Assembly (NCBI GenBank): GCA_965242695.1
Contig: CBDESU010000002.1
Location: 1,024,001-1,088,000, forward strand
Direction: 5' to 3'
Source of the DNA: Cenarchaeum sp.
Lineage (GTDB): Archaea; Thermoproteota; Nitrososphaeria; Nitrososphaerales; Nitrosopumilaceae
DNA length: 64,000 bases
The number at the start of each line of letters is the position of its first letter. Position 1 is the first letter of the stretch. Made by a program: the position numbers and the translations under genes. The notes below the pieces were generated by a model, which saw only the letters and a list, made by a program, of their open reading frames with translations, was not told the DNA's origin and did no database searches. This document shows positions 29,600 to 38,868 of the stretch, one piece after another.

Positions 29600-29992
29600 A
29601 TGGCGGGGCAGCAAGATGCGGCGCGCGGCGCGCCCGGCGCCGCGCAGGGGCGCGACTGGAAGCCGAGCCGGTTCTTTGACGAGTGGAAGGAAAGTGTGGC
29701 CGAGATAAAGGGCGAGCTGGTCATGCAGTACATGCACTTCTGCCGTGGCATGCCGCCGGACATCCGCCTAGAGGCCATCGACCACATCCTGCGTTGCACG
29801 ATGCCGGTCGTCTACGCGCCGGACGGCGACCACGACGGCAAAGAGGTGACCGACGCGATGTACAACGACGGGGATGCGATGCGCGAGTACGCGACGCGCT
29901 TCCTTGACGGGTTCTGGGACGACTACTGGAGGCCGATCCTTGCAAGGTATGCCTCCGGCGCAGGAAGCCCGCCGCAGTCCGAGTGTGCCTGA
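29600..29992 (+). CDS. Unknown ~130-aa protein, 'WKPSRFF' family copy 1
   Basis: Three conserved in-frame paralogs; TTAATACC ~25 bp upstream. Confidence 0.8.
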   Translation: MAGQQDAARGAPGAAQGRDWKPSRFFDEWKESVAEIKGELVMQYMHFCRGMPPDIRLEAIDHILRCTMPVVYAPDGDHDGKEVTDAMYNDGDAMREYATRFLDGFWDDYWRPILARYASGAGSPPQSECA

Positions 29993-30170
29993 CCGCGCAC
30001 GCTTCGCCGGGCATGGGGATCACTCGCCGGCCAGACGGGGCATGCCGCCGCGCCGCGGTTGGTCCAGCGGGACGGGGTCGGCCCCGCATGCGCGCCGGCC
30101 GGCCGGCCCGAGCACCGTCCCCCGCGCGGTGATCATCAACCTTATAGGCGGCCGCCTGCCGCGCGGCGCA

Positions 30171-30686
30171 ATGCGGGAGTCGATCGTCTGCCGGGTATGC
30201 GGCCGCGGCTTTGCGCCGTACGGCAGCAGGATCACGTCCTACTGCAAGCGGTGCAGGGCGAGGGCCGACAGGGAGATCAGCAGGGTGCTGCGCGTTCGCT
30301 GCAAGGAGTGCGGCAAGGCGTTCTCTACGCCCAACCGGGCCGTCCGCTACTGCTCGGACGAGTGCAGAAAGGCGGCCCACATGCGCCAGAGCTGCGCCTC
30401 GAGGCGGCGCCGCCCGGCTGAGCGCAATGCGGCGGCCAAGTGCCGCACGTGCGGCAAGAAGTTCACGCCAGTCAGGAAGCCGGGCAAGCCCCTGGTGTAC
30501 TGCTCGGAGGAGTGCCGCGCCGAGGGCAGGCGCCGCCTCGCCCGAGAGGCCATGCGCAGGTACGTCGCCGACCCCCGGAAGCGCGCCATGATGGCTGCGC
30601 GCACGAGGGTGGTGGCCGCCCGCCACAAGGCCCGGAGGAGCGGAGAGGAGAAGCGGCAGCCGGCGGCCGCGCGCACTCGCGCCTAG
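30171..30686 (+). CDS. Arg-rich triple zinc-finger protein, copy 1
   Basis: CRVC..YCKRC, CKEC..YCSDEC, CRTC..YCSEEC; TCAACCTTATA promoter. Confidence 0.8.
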   Translation: MRESIVCRVCGRGFAPYGSRITSYCKRCRARADREISRVLRVRCKECGKAFSTPNRAVRYCSDECRKAAHMRQSCASRRRRPAERNAAAKCRTCGKKFTPVRKPGKPLVYCSEECRAEGRRRLAREAMRRYVADPRKRAMMAARTRVVAARHKARRSGEEKRQPAAARTRA

Positions 30687-30935
30687 AGCCATCCGGGCCG
30701 AGTCGACTCCCGCCTTGATATGGCGGGGCGCATCGCCCACTCTGGCGCGCGCCGTCCCGGGAACAGAGCACGCGCATGCGGTCCATGGCGCGCCCTGTTG
30801 CCCCCGATCCGCGCCGTTGTTCCTGCCCTGGCTCTTGCGCCCCCGGCATGCGCCGCGGGCCGGCCGGGGGGCGGAACGGCGACACCGCGGCGCGTGCTCG
30901 TCAATCTTATATGCCGTCGCCCGCGGCGCGCGGCG

Positions 30936-31421
30936 ATGGAGAAGCGGTACGTGTGCAGGCTGTGCGGCCGCAACTTTGCTCCGTTCGCCGGCACCCGCCA
31001 GGTCTACTGCAAGCGGTGCAGGGCCAGGGCCGAGAGGGAGGCCAACAGGGTGCTGCGCGTGCGCTGCAGGGAGTGCCGAAAGGCGTTCGCCACGCCGAGC
31101 CGCGCCGTCCGCTACTGCTCGGACGAGTGCCGCAAGGCTGCCCGCTCGCGCCAGCGCAACGCGCCGAGGCGGCGCCGCCCGGCCGAGCGCGACGAGGCGG
31201 CCAAGTGCCGCACGTGCCGCAAGGAGTTTACGCCCGTCAGAAAGCCGGGCAAGCCCCTGGTGTACTGCTCGGAGGAGTGCCGCGCCGAGGGCAGGCGCCG
31301 CCTCTCCCGCGAGGCCATGCGCAGGTACGTTTCCGACCCCGAGAAGCGCGCCCTCACGGCGGCGCGCACGAGGGCGTCGGCCGCCCTCCGCAAGGCCCGC
31401 AGGAAGAGCGGGGGGCGGTAG
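30936..31421 (+). CDS. Arg-rich triple zinc-finger protein, copy 2
   Basis: Same 12-Cys pattern; TCAATCTTATA promoter. Confidence 0.8.
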   Translation: MEKRYVCRLCGRNFAPFAGTRQVYCKRCRARAEREANRVLRVRCRECRKAFATPSRAVRYCSDECRKAARSRQRNAPRRRRPAERDEAAKCRTCRKEFTPVRKPGKPLVYCSEECRAEGRRRLSREAMRRYVSDPEKRALTAARTRASAALRKARRKSGGR

Positions 31422-31714
31422 CGCGCGGCGCGCGGCGCCGGATCCGCCCCTTGGGACTCTTCGGCCCTGGACGCCGCTCTTGCGCCCCGCCATGCCGCGG
31501 TTGTCACGGTGTCATGTCCACGGCATGCGCCAGTGCCAGCCGCAGATCCGTCTGGATTATGGCGCAGCGCATTGGCCGCATGGCGATCTGACAACGGAGC
31601 CGGCTAGCGCTAGGCGTCCGGCACTATAGCGGCAATAGCTGCCCCCGATGTGGTCACAAGGCGCCCATTGCCCCGTCCGCATCCTTTTAACACCCTTGGG
31701 TGGGGTCGCGAGAT

Positions 31715-32104
31715 ATGGTCGGGCGGCAGGAGGCGGCGCATGGGGCGGCATGTGCTGGCGCCGTGCAGAAACCCGGTTGGAAGCCGAGCCGGTTCTTTGA
31801 GCCGTGGAAGGAAAGGGTGGTCAGGACTAACGGCAGGCTGATTGGGAAGTACGCGCACTACTGCAGGGGCATGCCGCCGGACATCCGGAAGGAGGCCATC
31901 GACCACATCATGCGCACCTCGTTGCCGATCGTCTACGTGTCCGACGACGACGAGGAGGCGACCGACGCGATGTACAACGATGAGCCCGCTATACGAGAGT
32001 ACGCGGCGCGCTTCCTTGACGAGTTCTGGGACGATTACTGGAAGCCGATCCTCGCAAAATACCCCACCGGTGCTGAAAGCTCGCCACAGCCGTCTAGTGC
32101 CTGA
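31715..32104 (+). CDS. 'WKPSRFF' family copy 2
   Basis: Paralog of 29600; TTTTAACACC upstream. Confidence 0.8.
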   Translation: MVGRQEAAHGAACAGAVQKPGWKPSRFFEPWKERVVRTNGRLIGKYAHYCRGMPPDIRKEAIDHIMRTSLPIVYVSDDDEEATDAMYNDEPAIREYAARFLDEFWDDYWKPILAKYPTGAESSPQPSSA

Positions 32105-32200
32105 CCGTATACATTTCCTTCAGCGTGGCAATAGCGCGCTTGCCTGCCTGCATGTCCTGTCGTGCCACACAGGTCCCTCCTCACAAGAAGGGCCCGTCAC
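32094..32200 (-). pseudogene. Relic 3' end of a paralog of 33036..33863
   Basis: Reads GKRAIATLKEMYTVRH* versus DKRVVSMLKEMCTVRY* in the intact gene. Confidence 0.7.
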
Positions 32201-32214
32201 TCACGCTCGCCGTT

Positions 32215-32364
32215 GCCCCCGTCCGCGGCGCCCTTTGCCCCACGCCCAACGGCACAGCGCATGGCCTTGCGCAGGTCGGCGCCGACCCAGAGAAGCGCGT
32301 CATCACGTCGGCGTACACGGGAGCACGGCCGCTCGCCGCAAGTCCCGGAGGGAGGGCGCAATAG
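32215..32364 (+). pseudogene. Decayed third zinc-finger gene
   Basis: gcgcaggtcggcgccgacccagagaagcgcg matches the zinc-finger 3' end (DPEKR); the following spacer matches 31422-31714. Confidence 0.6.
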
Positions 32365-32656
32365 CATGAGGCATGTGGCGCCGGATCTGGGCCTTTGGCA
32401 TTACTCGGCTCTAGATGCCGCTCTTACGCCCAGCTTCACCGCAGTTGTCACTACATCATGTCTGCAGTAAGCGCCGACGGCCGCGGCCGGCCTAGATCAT
32501 GGCGTAGTATATTGGCCGCGTGGCGATCTATACCACCGGCACGGGCTCGTGCTAGGCGCCCGACATTATAGCGGCAATAGCCGCCCCCTAGAAGTGGTCC
32601 CGGGACGCCTGTTGCCCTGTCCGCATCTTTTAATACCCTCGATTGGGTGGCGGCCT

Positions 32657-33046
32657 ATGGCCAGGCAGCAGGAGACAGCGGAAGGAGAGGCCTGCGTCGG
32701 CACCGTTCAGATACCGGGCTGGAAGCCGAGCCGGTTCTTTGAGCCGTGGAAGGAAAGGGTGGTCAGGACGAACGGCGGGCTGATTATGCAGTACATGCAC
32801 TACTGCAGGGGCATGCCGCCGGACATCCGAAAGGAGGCTATTGTCCACATCCTGCGCACCACGATGCCGGTCGTCTACGTGTCGGACGACGACAACGAGG
32901 CATTTGACGCAATGGACAACGATGCGGACGCGATGCGCGAGTACGCGACGCGCTTCCTTGACGAGTTCTGGGATGATCACTGGAAACCAATCCTTGCAAA
33001 ATACCTCACCGATGCTGAAAACTCACCAGAATCGTCTAATACCTGA
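32657..33046 (+). CDS. 'WKPSRFF' family copy 3
   Basis: Paralog; TTTTAATACC upstream; 3' end overlaps the convergent gene. Confidence 0.8.
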   Translation: MARQQETAEGEACVGTVQIPGWKPSRFFEPWKERVVRTNGGLIMQYMHYCRGMPPDIRKEAIVHILRTTMPVVYVSDDDNEAFDAMDNDADAMREYATRFLDEFWDDHWKPILAKYLTDAENSPESSNT

Positions 33047-33863
33047 CTGTACACATTTCTTTCAGCATGGAAACCACGCGCTTGTCCACCAGCGCATCAT
33101 GTTGTACTGTGAAGATTGTCTCTGCAGGAACGGCTGTTCCATCGGGCACCCTTATTTCTGCCTTATTTACATTCGCCGCCGCCATCCCATCAGCGATCCG
33201 CTTGTCCTCCACCCTCACTTGTCGTGGCAATGTGGTGTAGCGGACGCACTTGACGCATCTGCGCATGTCGAGATTCAGCGGTATCGTCATCTTGACTTTA
33301 CGCCCAAGGAACTTGAGGCTAGGGTTCATGCTCAGCGCCTTGAAGCCGCGCCGCGTGCGATTATCCTCCATTCTGCTCTCAAATATACCACTCAGGTAGA
33401 TCTGTAGCTCCGGCGGGTCTATCCAGCGGAATGCGGCGCGCGCCGTCTTCGCCTCTGTGCAAAGCCTCCCGTTAAACGCATACATCCATGCCTCGGCGTC
33501 CAGCACCATGGCGTAGACGGCGCGATTTCGAGCAAGCGTGTCAAGAACCAGTTGGTCGACCGCCATCCAGTCTTTGCGGGCTGTAGCTGCGTGGCAGGCG
33601 TCCGAAATGGCCATGCCCCCAAAGCGACTTCCATCAAGCAGTTCGGTGAGCGCATCAACGCTGGCCACAACTTTTGCCTGCCTTGGCACGGTTTTTATGG
33701 ATAGATCATCTAATAGCCGGCGCTTTTTGTGCACAACAACACTATCGATCGTGTGGCCTTCTGCTAGCGCGATTGTGCCTGTACTGTGCACTGTCATGAG
33801 GCATCTCCTGCCATTTGCGGCAGCGTCCGAGTTCTCTGTATTGGGTGCGTCATTGTGGGGCAT
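33036..33863 (-). CDS. Hypothetical protein with putative ADP-ribosyltransferase-like (R-S-E) C-terminal domain
   Basis: 275-aa lower-GC ORF; AFRWID..GFKALSMNP..KAEIRVP spacing; the function is inference. Confidence 0.55.
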   Translation of the reverse strand: MPHNDAPNTENSDAAANGRRCLMTVHSTGTIALAEGHTIDSVVVHKKRRLLDDLSIKTVPRQAKVVASVDALTELLDGSRFGGMAISDACHAATARKDWMAVDQLVLDTLARNRAVYAMVLDAEAWMYAFNGRLCTEAKTARAAFRWIDPPELQIYLSGIFESRMEDNRTRRGFKALSMNPSLKFLGRKVKMTIPLNLDMRRCVKCVRYTTLPRQVRVEDKRIADGMAAANVNKAEIRVPDGTAVPAETIFTVQHDALVDKRVVSMLKEMCTVRY

Positions 33864-34591
33864 CTTGGTGAATGGAGCCTTTCGTATTGCACAGATGCGC
33901 CGCGCATGCGGCGCTATTTATTGATTGTGTTTTAAGCGGAATCTCACCTGCCCCTTGATGGCTGTGGGCAAGGAGACTGCATGCCGCGAGTAGAGCTGCG
34001 GCCCGCACCCTCCCGGCCTGGCTGGGCATGTTCTGGACGCCGGCAAGATGGCAGCCGCCGAGTCCGCTCCGGCGCAGCAAGGGGCGCGCTGGATGCCGAC
34101 AGCCTGCAAGGAGGCGCGGCGACGGCAGCTTCCCACCGGCTGGCACGGGGGCAGGGGAGGGCTGCGATCCGCGGCCACTGCTGGCCTAGCCTGCGTGCGA
34201 CTCCGCCTCCGCACTCGCGCCCGAGCTGATCGCGAGCACGCCGCGGCGCAGCCCACAGCCTGCGCACGACTCCGCCTCCCGCGCGGCTCGCACCTGCGCT
34301 GCCGCACCGCGCCACCCGCCGCGCCCATGACCATGGCAGCTCCGCCGATCGCCGTGGCCGCCCGACGCCACGGCGGCCGGCGGTGCCCGGAGGACGGCAT
34401 GCCCGCGCGCCCTGCGGCCGTGCCGCCTCGCAGCGTGCAGCTGGCGGCGCGGCGCCGATCGCGCCCCGCACCGGCTGCAGCCGCGTCGAGGCGCCCCCGC
34501 CCGCGCCTCCCGAGCCCGAGATCCCGCAGGCGCCAAAAGATCAACACTTTTAATACCAAACAGGCGCGCCGCGCGCTATCAGGTGGTCGGA

Positions 34592-34975
34592 GTGGCAAAG
34601 CCGTACTATGTCAAGTTCGAGACGCCCGAGGATCTCGTCACGTCCATACTAGAGGCCGTCAGGGTGGCCAAGGAGACCGGCAAGGTCAAGAAGGGCACGA
34701 ACGAGGTCACAAAGTCCGTCGAGCGCGGCGCGAGCAGGCTCGTCGTCATCGCCGAGGACGTAGAGCCGCCCGAGGTCGTCGCGCACCTCCCGCTCATCTG
34801 CGACGAGCAGAGCGCCGCGTACGCGTTCGTGCCGAGCAAGCAGGACCTCGGCAAGGCGCTCGGCATCGACATTACGGCCGCAGCGGCCTCGATACTAGAG
34901 CCGGGCGACAACAGCACGCTCGACGACCTGCTCGCGCTGATATCGAAGATCAGGGGCGGCCAGACGGCCCCATGA
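34592..34975 (+). CDS. rpl7ae: 50S ribosomal protein L7Ae
   Basis: [29 protein letters not shown]. Confidence 0.95.
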   Translation: MAKPYYVKFETPEDLVTSILEAVRVAKETGKVKKGTNEVTKSVERGASRLVVIAEDVEPPEVVAHLPLICDEQSAAYAFVPSKQDLGKALGIDITAAAASILEPGDNSTLDDLLALISKIRGGQTAP

Positions 34976-35241
34976 GCGCCGCGCCAGAGGCGGCAGCGCC
35001 CCAGTCCGTTCCCACGGGAGGCGGAGGCGGCGGGGGAGAGGGCGAGCAGGTCACGTCGGCCGAGATCATCCAGATCGTCGGGCGCACGGGGATCGCCGGC
35101 GAGGTCATACAGATCAGGGTAAAGATAATGGAGGGCGATGACAGGGGCCGCATACTGACGCGCAACGTAAAGGGATCGGTCCGCATGGGCGACATACTCA
35201 GGCTCCGCGAGACCGAGCGGGAGGCCAAAAAGATAAAGTAG
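34972..35241 (+). CDS. rps28e: 30S ribosomal protein S28e with Gly-rich N-terminal extension
   Basis: [29 protein letters not shown]. Confidence 0.93.
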   Translation: MSAAPEAAAPQSVPTGGGGGGGEGEQVTSAEIIQIVGRTGIAGEVIQIRVKIMEGDDRGRILTRNVKGSVRMGDILRLRETEREAKKIK

Positions 35242-35275
35242 CCGGCGCGGGGCGCGGGCGTGGGGTGCAACTACG

Positions 35276-35473
35276 ATGAGCATGACGGTAAGGCAGTGCA
35301 GCTTTTGCGACAGGGCGGTGGCCAAGGGGTCAGGGACCATGCTCGCCAAGAACGACGGAACGATACTGTGGTTCTGCTCGTCAAAGTGCAAGAAGAACAT
35401 GACCGAGCTCGGCCGCGACCCGCGCAAGTTCAAGTGGACCGCCAAGTACGTAAAGGGCGGCATCGGGAGGTAG
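35276..35473 (+). CDS. rpl24e: 50S ribosomal protein L24e
   Basis: CSFC, FCSSKC, PRKFKWT. Confidence 0.95.
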   Translation: MSMTVRQCSFCDRAVAKGSGTMLAKNDGTILWFCSSKCKKNMTELGRDPRKFKWTAKYVKGGIGR

Positions 35474-35479
35474 GGCGGG

Positions 35480-35899
35480 ATGGCGGAAGGCGGCGGCGCG
35501 GAGAGGACCCTGTTCGTCGTCAAGCCGGATGCGGTCTCGCGGGGGCTCGTCGGCGAGATCGTCTCGCGGTTCGAGGCCAAGGGGTTCCGCCTGGCCGCGC
35601 TGAGGATGATGCGCCTTACGAGGGAGCAGGCCGAGTCGTTCTACGCCGTGCACAAGGAGAGGCCGTTCTTTTCGGACCTGGTCGGGTTCATCACGTCGGG
35701 GCCCGTCGTCGCCGGCGTCTTAGAGGGCAACAACGCCGTGGCCACCGTGAGGATCATGGTCGGCGCGACAAAGTCGTTCGAGGCCGCGCCGGGCTCTATA
35801 CGCGGCGACCTCGGGCTGGGGTTTACCGACAACATCATCCACGCGTCCGACTCGGCGGCGAGCTTTGAGCACGAGCATACGGTGGCGTTCGGCGGGTGA
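35480..35899 (+). CDS. ndk: Nucleoside diphosphate kinase
   Basis: [21 protein letters not shown]. Confidence 0.95.
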   Translation: MAEGGGAERTLFVVKPDAVSRGLVGEIVSRFEAKGFRLAALRMMRLTREQAESFYAVHKERPFFSDLVGFITSGPVVAGVLEGNNAVATVRIMVGATKSFEAAPGSIRGDLGLGFTDNIIHASDSAASFEHEHTVAFGG

Positions 35900-35905
35900 C
35901 GCAAA

Positions 35906-37732
35906 GTGAGGATGCGGCAGCCGATCGTGGCGGTCCTCGGCCATGTCGACTCGGGCAAGACGTCGCTGCTTGACAGCATACGCGGGACGGGAGTGCAGGG
36001 CCGCGAGGCCGGCGGCATGACGCAGCACATAGGGGCGAGCTTTCTGCCGCAGGAGACCATACGCGCAAGGTGCGGCCCGCTGTACGGGCGGCTCGCGTCC
36101 TCGCCGGGCGCGCAGGTGCCGGGCGTGCTCGTCATCGACACGCCAGGCCACGAGGTGTTCACCAACCTGCGCGCGCGCGGCGGCTCGGCCGCCGACATCG
36201 CCATACTAGTAGTCGACGCGGCGCGCGGCATCCAGCCGCAGACGACCGAGAGCCTCGGCATACTGCGGTCAAGAAAGGTCCCGTTCGTCGTCGCACTCAA
36301 CAAGATAGACCAGATATCGGGGTGGAGGGGCGGCAAGGGCGGGGGCGACGCCGACGGCGACGCCGGGGTGCGCCTGGCCGCCGACGCCGTAAAGTCGCAG
36401 GACGAGTCGGTGCGCAAGGACCTGGACCAAAAGCTGTACGACGTGGTAGCCTCGCTGTCCATCCTCGGCTACAAGTCCGAGTCGTACGACCGGGTGAGGG
36501 ACTTTGCCCGCGAGGTGTGCATTGTGCCGACGAGCGCGCGGGCCGGGACGGGCATGCCCGAGCTGCTCGCCGTCCTGGTCGGCCTCACGCAGCAGTACCT
36601 GGCCGCGCGCCTCGACCAGGATGCAAAGGCCGAGCCGCGCGGGATTGTCCTAGAGGTCAACGACGAGGTCGGCATCGGCCCGTCGGCCAACGTCATACTA
36701 GCCGACGGCTCGCTGTCCATGGGCGACACGGTGGTCGCCGCAAAGCGCGACGGGACCGTGGCGGCAAGGCCAAAGGCCATACTCCTGCCAAGGCCGCTTG
36801 ACGAGATGCGCGACCCTCGCGACCGCTTCATGCCCGTCGAGTCGGTGGATGCGGCGGCCGGAGTAAAGATAGCATCGCCCGACCTGGCCGGCGTGCTGCC
36901 GGGGTCGACCATCCTGGTGGCGCCTGCCGGCTCCGGCACCGCGGCGGTCGCGCCGCTGCGCGAGAGGATAGAGGCCGAGATGCGGTCCGTGTTCGTCGAG
37001 ACCGAGTCCGACGGCGTCACGGTGCGGTGCGACACGATAGGCTCGCTAGAGGCCGTCGTGTCGATGCTCTCGGAGAGGAAGATCGCCGTCGCCAGGGCCG
37101 ACATCGGGCCGGTCACGAGGAGGGACGTGATAGGGGCCAGGGCCGTAAAGGAGAACGACCGGCACCTCGGGGTCGTCCTCGCCTTCAACGTGCGCGTGCT
37201 GCCCGACGCGGCCGCCGAGGCCGACGAGTCGTCGGTGCGCGTGTTCTCGGACCGCGTGATCTACAGCCTGGTCGACTCGTACTCGGAATGGGCCAGGCAG
37301 GATGCGCTGCACGAGGAGGATTCCGTATTCTCCGAGATCACGCCGGTCGCAAAGTTTACGTTCCTCAAGGGGTTCGTGTTCCGCAACAACGATCCCGCGG
37401 TGTTCGGCGTGCGCATCGACGCGGGCAGGCTCGTGCAAAAGGCGCAGTTCATCAACGACGAGGGGCGAAGGATAGGGCGCGTGCACCAGCTGCAGGAGGA
37501 CAAGAAGACGGTCCCTGCGGCGCGGCGCGGCGCAGAGGTGGCGTGCTCGGTGCACGGCGTCACGGTCGGCAGGCAGGTGAGCGAGGAGGACGTCTTCTAC
37601 ACGCTGCCTACGTCGGCCGAGGCAAAGTCGCTGCTCGGCAGGTTCGCCGGCAGGCTAGACGACGGCGAGACTGCGGCCCTGGCCCGGGTCGTCGAGCTGC
37701 AGAGGGACAGGGACCCGGCGTACGGGTACTGA
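35906..37732 (+). CDS. infB: Translation initiation factor aIF5B/IF-2
   Basis: GHVDSGKT, TQHIGA, DTPGHE, NKID. Confidence 0.95.
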   Translation: MRMRQPIVAVLGHVDSGKTSLLDSIRGTGVQGREAGGMTQHIGASFLPQETIRARCGPLYGRLASSPGAQVPGVLVIDTPGHEVFTNLRARGGSAADIAILVVDAARGIQPQTTESLGILRSRKVPFVVALNKIDQISGWRGGKGGGDADGDAGVRLAADAVKSQDESVRKDLDQKLYDVVASLSILGYKSESYDRVRDFAREVCIVPTSARAGTGMPELLAVLVGLTQQYLAARLDQDAKAEPRGIVLEVNDEVGIGPSANVILADGSLSMGDTVVAAKRDGTVAARPKAILLPRPLDEMRDPRDRFMPVESVDAAAGVKIASPDLAGVLPGSTILVAPAGSGTAAVAPLRERIEAEMRSVFVETESDGVTVRCDTIGSLEAVVSMLSERKIAVARADIGPVTRRDVIGARAVKENDRHLGVVLAFNVRVLPDAAAEADESSVRVFSDRVIYSLVDSYSEWARQDALHEEDSVFSEITPVAKFTFLKGFVFRNNDPAVFGVRIDAGRLVQKAQFINDEGRRIGRVHQLQEDKKTVPAARRGAEVACSVHGVTVGRQVSEEDVFYTLPTSAEAKSLLGRFAGRLDDGETAALARVVELQRDRDPAYGY

Positions 37733-38054
37733 CGCGCGGGCGGCGCCCGTTGCGGCCCTGTCCGCCACGATCTGCCGCAGCAGCCACGAATGGCGGCTGC
37801 GAGATTGGATGATCCAACGGTGGCGGACGGCAAGATCGCGCTGCTGGATGTTGGCCCCGCTTTCTGGCATAGCCCGCGCGCGCCTCGCGTACGGGCATGG
37901 ACGGCCTGCGAGTCCGAGGATGCCGTGGCCTGCATGCCGGGGCGCATGATCGAGCAAGAGCCGCGGCATGGGTGGCGCCCGCCCTGCCGTGCGGTCGGCG
38001 CGGCGCCGGCGCGGCGCGTGTCATGACCGCCGTCCGGTCGCCGCCTGGCCCTGC

Positions 38055-38828
38055 CTACCTGTACATGTCGTACAGCGCATCGCCTGCCGCCCTGATGTCT
38101 GCCGGATCGATCCGCCTCGCGTCGATCGCATGCTTGATTACCTCTGGATAGTCGCACCGCATCATGGTGTCTGTGTATGCATGCGCGAGCAGGAACTTGT
38201 GCACGGGCACCTTCTCGGGCGGGTCTAAGTGAACGTCGCGCGTTGCGTACGTGGTGATTTCGTTCCACATCCTGCCTGTCCAGTCGTCTGTGACGCCCTC
38301 CGTGACGGGCATAATCTGGGTTGCCTTCGTGATCTCTACCGTGTCTGTTCCCCTGTACTGGAAGACCGTGAGCCCGGTGCCGGCGGCTCCATCCGAACCC
38401 TGGGAGGCGCGATTCCGGCACATGGTGACGAACGTCTGGTTGACCTTGATCGTCTCGACATGTGAAAACACTGGTATCGGCTGGTACGACGTCCCGTCCT
38501 GCCTCCACAGGGTGTAGTTCTTGTCCGAGAAATACACCCTGATTGTCTGCTCGTCCAGCGGCTCTATCCGCTCGATCAGCGGCTCGTGCACCGGGCCGTC
38601 AAGTTCCAAATAGTCGGACACCAGCGTAAGGTTGACAGGATGGGCGGTAACTATAGAGTACCTGTGGTCCTTTTCCTCTATGGTTGTATAGGAGATGCGG
38701 TACCCGTCTATGGTGGAGCCGGCTACCGGCAGGTGGTACGCGTAGTACCCGTGCATGCCCTCAAAGTTTAGCGCAACCAAGACTAGGATGGGCAGAACCG
38801 CCGCGGCGGCAAATGCGAGGCTGTTCAT
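38055..38828 (-). CDS. Secreted/membrane-anchored hypothetical protein (paralog of 13761..14546)
   Basis: Shared blocks with the paralog; signal-like N-terminus. Confidence 0.75.
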   Translation of the reverse strand: MNSLAFAAAAVLPILVLVALNFEGMHGYYAYHLPVAGSTIDGYRISYTTIEEKDHRYSIVTAHPVNLTLVSDYLELDGPVHEPLIERIEPLDEQTIRVYFSDKNYTLWRQDGTSYQPIPVFSHVETIKVNQTFVTMCRNRASQGSDGAAGTGLTVFQYRGTDTVEITKATQIMPVTEGVTDDWTGRMWNEITTYATRDVHLDPPEKVPVHKFLLAHAYTDTMMRCDYPEVIKHAIDARRIDPADIRAAGDALYDMYR

Positions 38829-38868
38829 GATTATAGAAAGAAAAAAGGGATATGGTAGATGGGCCGTG

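Noticed and set aside
37790-38026. ORF faintly resembling the DUF5678-like genes (VADGKI)
   Set aside because: Similarity is too weak and there is no promoter support.
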